Assembly (NCBI GenBank): GCA_964490125.1
Contig: CAZBAJ010000004.1
Span: 7,662-71,661 of the forward strand
Reading direction: 5' to 3'
DNA: 64,000 bases
DNA from: an uncultured Candidatus Saccharibacteria bacterium
Lineage (GTDB): Bacteria; Patescibacteriota; WWE3; UBA101185; UBA10185
Below the pieces are notes generated by a model. The model was not told the DNA's origin. It did not search any database and worked only from the letters and a program-made list of their open reading frames with translations. The translations under genes were made by a program, and so were the position numbers. This document shows positions 47,340 through 60,312 of the stretch, piece after piece (position 1 is the stretch's first letter; the number at the start of each line of letters is the position of its first letter).

Positions 47340-49130
47340 TTACCACAAATCTAGGGCTTTGGTCAAATATTTCTGTACGACTTTTTGGACAAACTCCTCC
47401 GTCTTAACCATTCCCACCGTTTTTCCGTCCCGCAGTCGCACATTTACGCAGTCTTCCGACTCCTCTTTTGCTCCCAGTACCAACATGTACGGCACTTTTT
47501 GCATCTGCGCGTCGCGGATTTTTGCCTGCATCATTTCATCCTTTTCGTTAACCTCCACCCGCAAGCTCTTTTCTTTAAGCAATTTGGCGACTTTTTGGGC
47601 ATACTCATTGTTTTTTTCGGAAATAGGAATTATTGCGACTTGAACTGGCGCCAGCCAGACAGGGAATGCTCCGGCAAAATGCTCTATCAACAAAGCCATA
47701 AGTCGTTCGTACGATCCCAAAACCGCCCGATGAAGCATAACCGGCGTTGCTTCTTTACCGGTTTTGTCTATGTAGACTAGCTTAAAGCGTTTGGGTGTAG
47801 CAAAATCCAGCTGGATGGTTGGAATTTGAATTTCCTTGCCTAAGGCGTCCTTAAACATAAAATCTAGCTTTGGACCGTATAGGGCAGCCTCGCCTTCGCG
47901 TCGGACGGCATTAAGCCCCATTTCGTCGGAAATTTCCTGCAAGGTCCGTTCGGCCAAATCCCAGGACTGTTGGTCACCGATATATTTTTCTGGATGGGCG
48001 TAATCCCTAACCGACAACGAAACCCAATGGCTCTCCCAAAGTCCTAATGACAAATAAAAATCCTTAATAACATTGGCCAGGCTTCTTATTTCGTCTTTGA
48101 CTTGTTCAGGGGTGCAAAAAACATGTCCATCTTCAATCGTAATAGCATATACACGGTTTAAACCACCAACTTCTCCCGCTTTTTCCGCCCGGTACTGTTT
48201 GTCTGATTCCATGTAGCGGATTGGCAATTCGTTGTATGACCTTATTTTGGACGCGTAGATTTGGGTATGGTGTGGGCACTGGACAGGCTTCATAACCAAA
48301 TTATGATTTGCCGCAGATGTTACATGGAACAGTTCTTCGCCAAACTTGGCGGCATGGCCGGAAGTTTCAAAAAGTTCGATTTTGGCAAGCGATGGGGCGG
48401 AAACTTTTTGAAAACCGTAATTTCTGCAAACTGCCTCAATGTGTTTTTGGAGTTCTTCTTTAATGATTGTTCCTTTGGGGGTATAAAGAGGCAATCCCGG
48501 TCCAACTAAATCAGAAAAGCAAAACAAGTCCAGTTCTCTGCCCAGCTTTCTATGGTCGCGCTTTTTGGCCTCTTCAATATTGCGCAAGTATTCGTCCAGC
48601 GCCTCTTTAGAATCAAATGCCGTGCCGTAAATGCGCTGGAGCATCTTGTTTTTTTCGTCGCCCTTATAATACGCGCCGGCAATTGAAAACAGTTTAAACG
48701 CCTTAATTTCTCCGGTCGACGCCACATGCGGACCTGCGCACAAATCAACATCGTAATAAGGACTTTGGGGGTCGCCCGTTACATACACCGTTACTTTTTC
48801 CCCGCGCGACTCAATTTCTTTAATATTTTCCAGCTTGTACCAATTGTCGCCAAAAAGCTTTTTAGCCTCCTCCACACCTACTTCTTTGCGGATAATCGGC
48901 AGATTAGCGTCCACCATTTTTTGCATTTCAGCCTCGATTTTTGGCAGATCCTCGGGGGTAATTTTGGTATCCAAATCAAAGTCAAAATAGAAACCGTCTT
49001 CTATGGGCGGTCCCATGACTTTTTTAAGATTTGGATACATGCGTTGCATTACGCAGTGCAGGACATGTTCTGCGCTGTGTCGCAGAGGCATTAACGGGTC
49101 GTTTTTTAATTCATTTTGGACTTTAGACAT
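47340..49130 (-). CDS. thrS: Threonyl-tRNA synthetase
   Basis: RHSAEH, DLCAGPH, RDHRKLG, KPVQCPHH, YGPKLD, HRAVLGS.ER. Confidence 0.97.
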   Translation of the reverse strand: MSKVQNELKNDPLMPLRHSAEHVLHCVMQRMYPNLKKVMGPPIEDGFYFDFDLDTKITPEDLPKIEAEMQKMVDANLPIIRKEVGVEEAKKLFGDNWYKLENIKEIESRGEKVTVYVTGDPQSPYYDVDLCAGPHVASTGEIKAFKLFSIAGAYYKGDEKNKMLQRIYGTAFDSKEALDEYLRNIEEAKKRDHRKLGRELDLFCFSDLVGPGLPLYTPKGTIIKEELQKHIEAVCRNYGFQKVSAPSLAKIELFETSGHAAKFGEELFHVTSAANHNLVMKPVQCPHHTQIYASKIRSYNELPIRYMESDKQYRAEKAGEVGGLNRVYAITIEDGHVFCTPEQVKDEIRSLANVIKDFYLSLGLWESHWVSLSVRDYAHPEKYIGDQQSWDLAERTLQEISDEMGLNAVRREGEAALYGPKLDFMFKDALGKEIQIPTIQLDFATPKRFKLVYIDKTGKEATPVMLHRAVLGSYERLMALLIEHFAGAFPVWLAPVQVAIIPISEKNNEYAQKVAKLLKEKSLRVEVNEKDEMMQAKIRDAQMQKVPYMLVLGAKEESEDCVNVRLRDGKTVGMVKTEEFVQKVVQKYLTKALDLW

Positions 49131-49188
49131 GTTTCTCCTTCTAAATATAGCTTACGCTTTGAATTTTACTACAAATGGGAACATTAAG

Positions 49189-49263
49189 TTAGTGGTCTGA
49201 TTTTACCCCTTGCGGGGTGGTTTTGGTTTGGCACCATGTTCTGAACGCTACAAAGACTATCAT
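49189..49263 (-). CDS. Putative Thr-rich leader peptide of thrS (24 aa)
   Basis: MIVFVAFRTWCQTKTTPQGVKSDH; 4 Thr in 8 codons overlapping an ACCCC-GCAA-GGGGT hairpin; TTGACA upstream. Confidence 0.4.
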   Translation of the reverse strand: MIVFVAFRTWCQTKTTPQGVKSDH

Positions 49264-49370
49264 GGGGAAATTGTTATACTATCAAGGGCGTTTGTCAAAC
49301 ATCAATATTCTGGTTCCTAAGTATTCCTTTAGTCTTGTACTAGCTAATTAATTTTGACATAATATAAATT

Positions 49371-49715
49371 ATGAGCGGAAGGGAGATTTTCTATTATATA
49401 AACCCTAGAGGAGAAAATGTTGTGAGGGATTTTATCCTCTCTTTGGAAAAACACCAGCAAGCAAAAATCCGTAGAATATTTATGACAATAGAGAAGTATG
49501 GTTTGGATGCGATAGGCAACCATATTAAAAAATTGACAGGATCACCTCTTTGGGAGATAAGGTTATTGGGGAAGGATAATATTAGGATTTTGTATGTTCT
49601 GCCAGACGGAAGCAGGCTTTTGGTCTTACACGGCTTTACAAAAAAGACCCAAAAGACGCCCGAAAGGGAGATAGACATGGCTTTGAGTCGCTATAACGAA
49701 TGGCTATCTAGCTAA
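49371..49715 (+). CDS. RelE/HigB-family toxin
   Basis: V.DFI, IKKL...LWEIR, RILY, LHGFTKKTQKTP. Confidence 0.88.
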   Translation: MSGREIFYYINPRGENVVRDFILSLEKHQQAKIRRIFMTIEKYGLDAIGNHIKKLTGSPLWEIRLLGKDNIRILYVLPDGSRLLVLHGFTKKTQKTPEREIDMALSRYNEWLSS

Positions 49716-49783
49716 ACTGCGCGGGATATTCCGATGATCACGGACTACTTGACTACGACATCTTATATGATATCATTCTTGGT

Positions 49784-50065
49784 ATGAGAAAACTTTATTC
49801 CTTTAAAGAAGATCTTGAAGATAGCCTGAAGGATCCCCAATTCCGCAGAGCATGGGAAGAGTCGGAGCCCGAATATTTACTTGCCTGTAAAGTTATAGAA
49901 GAACGGCTTAGTAAAAACATGTCCCAAAGGACTCTGGCTTCAAAAATGGGTACAACCCAAGCTGTCATAAGTAGAGTGGAGAGGATGGTTGCTAATCCTA
50001 CTGCAGAATTTATTCAAAGGTTGGCTAGAGCTTTAGATACAAAATTTTCAATCTCTTTCGGGTAA
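49784..50065 (+). CDS. XRE-family HTH antitoxin (HigA-like)
   Basis: LKDPQFR, MSQRTLA.KMGTTQ..ISR.E...NPT. Confidence 0.88.
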   Translation: MRKLYSFKEDLEDSLKDPQFRRAWEESEPEYLLACKVIEERLSKNMSQRTLASKMGTTQAVISRVERMVANPTAEFIQRLARALDTKFSISFG

Positions 50066-50138
50066 CTGCTTAACCATGGACGCCAGATCAGGACAGAGTT
50101 GCTGTGCTTGACGGTTTTATGGTTTCTAATACAAAAGT

Positions 50139-50849
50139 ATGATTCTTAATGTATACAAACCCCGCGTGTGGACCAGCAACGATGTGGTGCAAAAAATTAA
50201 GCATAGTTGCGGATTTAAAAAGGTTGGACACGCGGGCACGCTGGATCCTTTGGCGGAGGGTGTGTTGCTGGTGCTTACGGACGCGGATACTAAAAAGCAA
50301 AGCGAATTTATGGGTTTAGATAAGCAGTATTTGGTAAGAGTTGCGTTTGGTTATACATCCGATTCGTACGATTTGGGGACACAGATGCGCGAGGAAGGTA
50401 GACAGATCGCCAGTGGGCTGACTAGCATGGATTTACAAAGCGTCTTACTTAAGTACATCGGAGCGATCGAACAACAAGTACCAGCATATTCTGCCGTGCA
50501 TGTGGATGGAAATAGACTCTACGAACTAGCTAGGACTAACACCGTATTGGAAAAAGATTTGCCCGTAAAGAAGATTCAGTTTTATGATATAAAAGTTACC
50601 TCATTTAAAAATAACGAACAAATATTTTACCCAGGGTTAAAACCTCATGGGGAAATAGTTTGTACAACTGCAGAGATATTGGTTAATTGCGGTAAAGGGA
50701 CATATATCCGCTCATTGGTTAGGGATATTGGTAACGATTTAAAATGCGGGGCGGTGGCGGTGTCTCTTGTGCGTCAAAAAATTGGAGATTATTCTATTGA
50801 GCAGAGTCTAACGATCGACGAAGTTCTTCTTAAACATCTCAAATCTTAG
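50139..50849 (+). CDS. truB: tRNA pseudouridine-55 synthase
   Basis: KVGHAGTLDPLAEGVL, QVPAYSA..VDG.RLYELAR, GTYIRSL. Confidence 0.95.
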   Translation: MILNVYKPRVWTSNDVVQKIKHSCGFKKVGHAGTLDPLAEGVLLVLTDADTKKQSEFMGLDKQYLVRVAFGYTSDSYDLGTQMREEGRQIASGLTSMDLQSVLLKYIGAIEQQVPAYSAVHVDGNRLYELARTNTVLEKDLPVKKIQFYDIKVTSFKNNEQIFYPGLKPHGEIVCTTAEILVNCGKGTYIRSLVRDIGNDLKCGAVAVSLVRQKIGDYSIEQSLTIDEVLLKHLKS

Positions 50850-51209
50850 TTGCTTTTCCAATTGAATTAACTCTGTGGGATCAAGTTGAGAGGATTTTTG
50901 CTCCTTGGCGTTTTTTAGTGCCTCTTCAATTTCGTCTTTAATCAAGTCGTCCGACGCCACCCCGTCCTCTGTAAGAATTGTAAGTTCATTATTGGCAAAA
51001 CTTGCCGTTCCGCCGTTAATTAGCATTTCTTTAGTTCCGTTATCGGCAACCGCTAAAAAAACTTTACCCATGTCCAGCAAAGTAACTAAACTTGCGTGGT
51101 TGGGCAAAATGGTAATTTGACCCGTGGTTGTAGGCAAGATAATGCTACTACATTCGGAGTCGAACAGGGTTTTTGTTTGGGAAATGATCCTAACTTTTAT
51201 GTTTGACAT
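50808..51209 (-). CDS. atpC: ATP synthase epsilon subunit
   Basis: LPT..GQITILPNH, GG.A; last gene of the atp operon. Confidence 0.88.
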   Translation of the reverse strand: MSNIKVRIISQTKTLFDSECSSIILPTTTGQITILPNHASLVTLLDMGKVFLAVADNGTKEMLINGGTASFANNELTILTEDGVASDDLIKDEIEEALKNAKEQKSSQLDPTELIQLEKQLRFEMFKKNFVDR

Positions 51210-51223
51210 AGATTGCGAAATTT

Positions 51224-53610
<2,387 letters not shown>

Positions 53611-54024
53611 TTATATCTCCTCTGCCTTTCCGTCCAGATGAATAAAATAAACCGTAACAAATTTTTCCGGATACAGTTCTTGCAACAGCCTTACTGCCTT
53701 TTTGCCCCATTCCCGATGTTCGTTTTTGTCGGCTTCAAGATCCAAACCTTGACGAATAGTGCCGTCCTGCGCGTAGCCCCCGCAATCCTGATGATCCAAA
53801 ATAATAATATTAGTTGGGTCGTGCAATTGGATAGAAAGATCAAGTTGACGGAGAAGCGACGCTTTGTGACTTTCTTCAATCGGTTTAACTAGATCGCGCG
53901 AACATCCCGCCAAAGATATAATGTCGCTTTCACCCAGTAGGTCGTGTGACTTTATAAAGTCCGCGTACGCTTTTTGCAACCTAAAGTCTATACAAGTAAT
54001 AATGCAATTTTTGGCTTTATGCAT
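53611..54024 (-). CDS. Beta-class carbonic-anhydrase-like protein inside the atp operon
   Basis: CIDFR and HQDCG zinc-ligand motifs (CxDxR ... HxxC). Confidence 0.75.
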   Translation of the reverse strand: MHKAKNCIITCIDFRLQKAYADFIKSHDLLGESDIISLAGCSRDLVKPIEESHKASLLRQLDLSIQLHDPTNIIILDHQDCGGYAQDGTIRQGLDLEADKNEHREWGKKAVRLLQELYPEKFVTVYFIHLDGKAEEI

Positions 54025-54028
54025 ATTA

Positions 54029-54054
54029 GATTGCTCCGTTACACCCGCAATGAC
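54029..54054. repeat. Degenerate palindromic repeat related to the trmD copies
   Basis: GATTGCTCCGTTACACCCGCAATGAC, the reverse of the GTCATTGCG...GCAATC ends. Confidence 0.5.
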
Positions 54055-54085
54055 GCCTGGAAAGACACCACATCAAGGTTGCGGT

Positions 54086-55528
54086 TTACCGAATAACTCC
54101 TTTCATCTCCTCGCGAATTTTGACAATTTCTTCATCGGACAGTTTTCTCTTTTCTATAACAGTCTGTTTTACCAATTCTTTTGACTCCTTTAGCGCCTCT
54201 AAAAGTCTGCCAGTAGTTTCCTTAGTCTTTGCCACATCTGCTTGATCTAAAACGCCCTCCGTAATACCAAGAATCAGAAGAATTTGATCCTCTACCTCCA
54301 GCGGTTCCCCCAGATTTTGCTTTAGGACTTCCATCAGCCTGCCCCCACGGTCTAATTTCTTTTTGGTTTCTTCATCAATGTCTGACCCAAATTGGGAAAA
54401 CGCCTTTAATTCCCGGTATTGTGCAAGCTCCAATTTTAGTTTTCCGGCGACTTGTTTCATAGCCTTAACCTGCGCGTCTCCGCCAACACGGGAAACCGAG
54501 GCGCCAATATCAACTGCGGGGCGTTGACCGGTGTTAAAAGTGTCCTTGTCCAAAAATATTTGTCCATCCGTAATGGAGATAATGTTTGTAGGAATATATG
54601 CCGACAAATCCCCCGCTTGGGTTTCTACAATTGGCAATGCGGTAAGTGAGCCACCGCCTAAGTCTTTATTGTACTGAAGTGCGCGTTCTAACAACTTGGA
54701 GTGGATGTAAAAAATGTCGCCTGGATAGGCTTCCCGTCCTGGAGGTCTACGGAGTAATAAAGAAAGCTCACGATACGCCCAGGCATGCTTGGTTAAATCG
54801 TCGTAAATTACTAAAGCATGCTTGCCTTGCTTGGCAAAATATTCACCGATAGCACAACCCGTATAAGGCGCAATATACTGCATGGATGCGGGATCGGAGG
54901 CGTTGGCGCATACAACTACGGTATAGCCCATAGCCCCGGCTTTTTGTAATTGGTTGACGGTTTGTGCAAGTTTGGCATTTTTTTGACCGACCGAAACATA
55001 CACGCAGTAAACCCCCTTACCTTTTTGATTAATAATAGTGTCGACGCAAATAGTGGATTTACCGGTCTGCCTGTCGCCAATAATTAGTTCCCGTTGACCT
55101 CTACCAATAGGAATTGTTGCGTCAATTGCCAAAATTCCCGTTTGCAAAGGTGTTTTAACATTTTCTCTAGCCAAAACCCCTGGAGCAACTTTTTCCAACG
55201 GCATTTTTTCTCCGTTAGGACAAGCTTTTCTATCGGAATCGTACAGGTTTCCTAACGCGTCCACCGTCTTGCCTAAAATTCCCTCACTTACCAAAACAGA
55301 AAGTAAATTTTCCTGGGTTTCTACCAAGTCGCCCTCTTTTACTTTTAAAAAGTCGCCCAAAACCGCAATACCTACCAAGTCTTCGTCCAAATTTAACGCC
55401 AAACCGCTAACATTTCCTTCACCGGTTTTAATAACTACGGTTTCGTTATAACCCACATTAGAAAGACCTTCCGCAAAAACCACGCCGTCCTTAACCTGTT
55501 TAATTGTACCGGTATTTTTAAAGTCCAT
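54086..55528 (-). CDS. atpA: ATP synthase alpha subunit (N-terminally short)
   Basis: GDRQTGKS, RRPPGREAYPGD, SVSRVG. Confidence 0.96.
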   Translation of the reverse strand: MDFKNTGTIKQVKDGVVFAEGLSNVGYNETVVIKTGEGNVSGLALNLDEDLVGIAVLGDFLKVKEGDLVETQENLLSVLVSEGILGKTVDALGNLYDSDRKACPNGEKMPLEKVAPGVLARENVKTPLQTGILAIDATIPIGRGQRELIIGDRQTGKSTICVDTIINQKGKGVYCVYVSVGQKNAKLAQTVNQLQKAGAMGYTVVVCANASDPASMQYIAPYTGCAIGEYFAKQGKHALVIYDDLTKHAWAYRELSLLLRRPPGREAYPGDIFYIHSKLLERALQYNKDLGGGSLTALPIVETQAGDLSAYIPTNIISITDGQIFLDKDTFNTGQRPAVDIGASVSRVGGDAQVKAMKQVAGKLKLELAQYRELKAFSQFGSDIDEETKKKLDRGGRLMEVLKQNLGEPLEVEDQILLILGITEGVLDQADVAKTKETTGRLLEALKESKELVKQTVIEKRKLSDEEIVKIREEMKGVIR

Positions 55529-55530
55529 AG

Positions 55531-55905
55531 TTATAATGTTAAATCCCTAATTTTTGCCATAACGGATTCGTCAAACACATTATCCCCCACTCTAACTTTA
55601 AGTCCGCCAATAAGTTTTGAGTCGACCTCGTACAGAAAGCAAATTTTGTCACCCAAAGCTTTGGTAATTAGTTCTTCTACTTTTTCTTTTTGACTTTGAG
55701 AGAGCGACTTGGCAGTAGTAATTTCTGCCAATATTAGCCATTTATTCTTAATTTGACGGTAAATTTCTAGGGTTTCTGTCAGTGGGGCATCTGACGCAAA
55801 CTTTAAGATCGCAAAAACTTTTTCTACCGGGTCGTTTGCGGTATCAGCAGCTACCTTATAAAGTCGCCCCGCCGATTCCATTGCTTTGGCGTTTTTGCTA
55901 CTCAT
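55531..55905 (-). CDS. atpH: ATP synthase delta subunit (short)
   Basis: VDSKLIGG..VRVGD...D.S; operon position. Confidence 0.85.
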   Translation of the reverse strand: MSSKNAKAMESAGRLYKVAADTANDPVEKVFAILKFASDAPLTETLEIYRQIKNKWLILAEITTAKSLSQSQKEKVEELITKALGDKICFLYEVDSKLIGGLKVRVGDNVFDESVMAKIRDLTL

Positions 55906-56387
55906 GACTTTACGGCTACCTCCTCCAGCACTTTAGCGTCAAAGTCAATTTTATCCGCCTGGGAGGATAGTATTGCCGTTACCGACTCTTTTACCGCTTT
56001 TTCCAAGCTGGCTCTAAAGTCCACCAGCATTTTTTCTTTTTCTATCGCCAAAACCCCCTGCGCTTTTAGAATAATTTCTCCCGCGTCAATTTGGGCTTTT
56101 TCCAGGATTTTTTTGGTTTGGTCGTTTGCTTGACTTTTGGAATCCGTAACAATCTGCTCCGCCTGCTCTTTAGCCTGCGCGATAACTTTGTCAAACTCCA
56201 CCTTTGCTTTATCCAGTGCGTGTTTAGCCTCCTCCGCGCGCTTGTCCGCTTCCAACATTTTTGCCTCGCGCTCCGCTATTACCCCGCCGATTTTTTTTAG
56301 CACCAAAAAGTGCATTAACACAAAAAACGCCAAAAATACCAAGGTGTTAATAACAAAACTCTGTAAATTTAAGCCCAAATTTTCCAT
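55902..56387 (-). CDS. atpF: ATP synthase b subunit
   Basis: N-terminal TM helix plus long coiled coil; operon position. Confidence 0.88.
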   Translation of the reverse strand: MENLGLNLQSFVINTLVFLAFFVLMHFLVLKKIGGVIAEREAKMLEADKRAEEAKHALDKAKVEFDKVIAQAKEQAEQIVTDSKSQANDQTKKILEKAQIDAGEIILKAQGVLAIEKEKMLVDFRASLEKAVKESVTAILSSQADKIDFDAKVLEEVAVKS

Positions 56388-56436
56388 TTTTTGTGCGACT
56401 CTGTAAGGATTTTACTTCAGTCGCTTCTCCCAGTCG

Positions 56437-57424
<988 letters not shown>

Positions 57425-57475
57425 TTTGTTACTTTAGTATAAGTTGGGCGACAAATCAATCGGCTAAGCTGCTCA

Positions 57476-58213
57476 TCAGGTGTTTAGGATTTGATAATGC
57501 GTACGAAGTTCGTCTCTCGATAACCTGCTTCTCTCGAGAAATTCCTGCAAAAAGAAAGAAACCTTACTATTTTCGTCTTTGTTTAGAAAAGTTTTATCGG
57601 TTGAGAGTTCTAGAGATAGTTTTAGCAATATTGAAAATATAGTTATCCATGCCACATCATTGTCGGTATGGTTTTTATCCTTTAGCGTATTCCTAACAGC
57701 GCTGAAAAATTTCGCACCGAATATATAGATTCTTTCCTGCATATCTTCTGGTTTAGCAAACACGCAAGGATTTTCGATTAGTACAGTAAATGGGGTATTG
57801 GTTTTCACCAAGTCTCTTCGGTCGTCACCCAGGCTACCTGCAATGCCCTCGTATATGCAGGTGGCATCAGTTGTTTTAAGTAGCTTTTGGGTGATTTCAT
57901 CGACTGGACCGTGTGCGCCCTCGTGCTGTGCCGTCAAAAGTAGACTTTCCTCAATCGTTTTTGTTTTTCCTTCAGTGACTAGTCTGGCAGCGTATGAGAA
58001 ATAGTCATGCCCTTCTGGTTTGTCATCTCTATGTATTCTTGACGCATAGAGTATTCCGCACTCGTTTATTTTGGCGTATGGCGCAATTTTTTGGAGTTGC
58101 CCTGAAGTTAATCCTGTGGAAGTCCAAATCTCCATATTATCTGTAAACCATGGGATAGCTACTATCGAGTGAAGTTGCAAGTCAACTCTGTTTACTTGTC
58201 CGCTATTTACCAT
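57476..58213 (-). CDS. Hypothetical protein with an HExxH motif
   Basis: AQHEGAHG followed by YEG.A, a gluzincin-like spacing. Confidence 0.55.
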   Translation of the reverse strand: MVNSGQVNRVDLQLHSIVAIPWFTDNMEIWTSTGLTSGQLQKIAPYAKINECGILYASRIHRDDKPEGHDYFSYAARLVTEGKTKTIEESLLLTAQHEGAHGPVDEITQKLLKTTDATCIYEGIAGSLGDDRRDLVKTNTPFTVLIENPCVFAKPEDMQERIYIFGAKFFSAVRNTLKDKNHTDNDVAWITIFSILLKLSLELSTDKTFLNKDENSKVSFFLQEFLERSRLSRDELRTHYQILNT

Positions 58214-58270
58214 TTTTCTAATTGTTTCTTGCGACTTTGTGTCGATGCGATTAACTGCGTTGTTGAATAA

Positions 58271-58636
58271 TTAGATGTGTTTTTTTCTGAAAGTTTCCTT
58301 GACTTGCAGGTATCTGGTCATAGCGTTTATAGCTTGTTTGCCTGTCCACTGGATTTCTTTAGTCACACCTTTTTCTAAGAGACTAAACTCATCTTGGATT
58401 TTTAAAAAATCTCTATGGAATGCGAGCAACACTTTTCCTTCATTTTTTAATAACCAACTTCTATCATCGAGTAATCCACAGCACGCCAGTGTTGAGTAGT
58501 AGCCGTGCATTATCTCTAAGGGCGGGTTAGATCCCTTATCGCCGTGTTCCATTTTGTCGACAGCATTAATTACCTGTGTATAGAAAGGTTCAACTTTAGG
58601 TAGTTTTTCGATAATCTGGGTCTTTAATTTCGTCAT
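58271..58636 (-). CDS. Hypothetical protein
   Basis: 121-aa ORF with ATGA overlap to the upstream gene. Confidence 0.6.
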   Translation of the reverse strand: MTKLKTQIIEKLPKVEPFYTQVINAVDKMEHGDKGSNPPLEIMHGYYSTLACCGLLDDRSWLLKNEGKVLLAFHRDFLKIQDEFSLLEKGVTKEIQWTGKQAINAMTRYLQVKETFRKKHI

Positions 58637-59694
58637 ATCTTTAGCGTTTTCTCCAAAATTACCGAAATTAGGTCGCGGTTGCGGGTGCGGACAGAAAGTC
58701 GCACGGGAAAAACCAAGTCAAACACTAGTAGGGTTAAACTAGCAACCGCCATGGACATAAGTTTAAGTCGTGGGAAAGTTATAAACACAATTATCAGAAC
58801 CGTGGTAAAGGAAACAAACCTCACCAAGTCGTCCTTAAAGTCTGCAAAAGTAAGCCTAATAGCCCGCTTAATGTTTTGATACTTTTGCCTGTCGGTTACA
58901 TTATTTTGAGGTTCCGATTCCAACCAGCTGACATAATATTTGCGCGACGAGTAGGCAATTTTTAAAATATTACGGATTACCTCCACCACAATAGCCACGG
59001 CAATAAGAATAAGCGTAGTTTTAGCGTCCACAAGTTTAAAACCCCTCTCCATTAAGTCGTACCCCAAAATTTTAGCGTGCAAAGGGACATTAAGATCCGG
59101 CGGGACATAAAAAAGGCGCGTTGAATCCATTGTCAAAAAGAACACAAACAGGACGACTTCAAAAGAGTCGATAAAAGCTTTACTGACGCGCTTGCCAAAC
59201 TCATACCGCCAGCCGGTTTTAATAAGATTATTGCGTCCCGGCAGGTTAATATAGGCTAAAAGTGCCACGCCTGCCATGGAAATCACAACAGTCATAGCGG
59301 TAACATCAAAACTTTTGCCCACCAGTTTGTAAAGATACAGCGTGCCAAGGTACAGGGAAATGGCTAGAATATAAGAAATAAGCGGTGCCAGGTTAAGAAG
59401 CGCCTCTTTGACCTTTTCTATAAAGAGCTTTACGACCTGTTTGATAAAGTCGATGAGGTCCATGACAGAAAAAGAGCCTTCCATAAATATTTCCATGAGC
59501 TTGCCGACCTCTTTTTTCATGCCCAGAATTGCCATAATACCCATGGCTATAAAAATAATTGCTACGCTTAACGCGGTGAACCACATAACATTTAGGACTA
59601 TTTTGGTGGCGGAAGGGTAAACCATGTTACCTATGGTTAATATAAGGACAAAGGCTATAAAAGTTATTAAAATGAGCCGGCTTTTTCTAATCAT
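58633..59694 (-). CDS. Multi-pass membrane protein of unknown function
   Basis: 353 aa, about 8 hydrophobic helices. Confidence 0.75.
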   Translation of the reverse strand: MIRKSRLILITFIAFVLILTIGNMVYPSATKIVLNVMWFTALSVAIIFIAMGIMAILGMKKEVGKLMEIFMEGSFSVMDLIDFIKQVVKLFIEKVKEALLNLAPLISYILAISLYLGTLYLYKLVGKSFDVTAMTVVISMAGVALLAYINLPGRNNLIKTGWRYEFGKRVSKAFIDSFEVVLFVFFLTMDSTRLFYVPPDLNVPLHAKILGYDLMERGFKLVDAKTTLILIAVAIVVEVIRNILKIAYSSRKYYVSWLESEPQNNVTDRQKYQNIKRAIRLTFADFKDDLVRFVSFTTVLIIVFITFPRLKLMSMAVASLTLLVFDLVFPVRLSVRTRNRDLISVILEKTLKI

Positions 59695-59731
59695 TGGTTA
59701 TACCTAGCTATATTACAACTAATAATTGGTA

Positions 59732-59760
59732 TTGACAATTTTTTAAAATCTTGTTATACA
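59732..59760 (+). promoter_or_regulatory. Sigma70 promoter, leaderless
   Basis: TTGACA-17 nt-TATACA, 6 nt before GTG 59767. Confidence 0.7.
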
Positions 59761-59766
59761 CAGTTT

Positions 59767-60312
59767 GTGGCTAAAGAAAAAAGGAATCAAAATCCTCATA
59801 ATATGACGGACAGGCAGTACGCCAGGTTACTATATGGAGAAACTAGAAAAACTTTGGAAGATGTGGGTAGAAAGATGGATAAGGTTGCCGAGCAGGTTGG
59901 AGGCATGTCCAATAATATTGGCGATGTCGCCGAGGAATTTTTTTACAGAGGCCTTGAATTAAGAAAAAAGCTTGGTGGAGTAAAGTTTGACGACATCGAC
60001 CACAAAGTAAAAGACCTTAAGAAAAATGAGTACGACATTGTGTTGACTAACGGTAAATCGGTAGCTGTAATCGAAGTCAAGCACAAATTGCACCCCAACG
60101 ATGTTAAAAAGTTTGTGGACAAAACCATTCCGGCCTTTACTAAAGCCTTTAATCCGTTTGGGCAGTATGAGGTGTTGGCTGGTGTAGCCGGACTTTGCGT
60201 ACCCGACGACTCCCTAAAGATGGCTACGGATAACGGGCTTTTTGTCTTAAGCCAAAGTGGTAGGGATATGAAGTTTTTAAACCCGAAGACCTTTTCCCCT
60301 AAAGTTTTTTAA
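59767..60312 (+). CDS. Coiled-coil + PD-(D/E)XK nuclease-fold protein
   Basis: GDVAEEFF, EYDIV...IEVK, A...GLFV. Confidence 0.75.
   Translation: MAKEKRNQNPHNMTDRQYARLLYGETRKTLEDVGRKMDKVAEQVGGMSNNIGDVAEEFFYRGLELRKKLGGVKFDDIDHKVKDLKKNEYDIVLTNGKSVAVIEVKHKLHPNDVKKFVDKTIPAFTKAFNPFGQYEVLAGVAGLCVPDDSLKMATDNGLFVLSQSGRDMKFLNPKTFSPKVF

Noticed and set aside
49131-49270. T-box riboswitch before thrS
   Set aside because: No T-box consensus (GGUGGNACCGCG) or terminator, and the leader is short.
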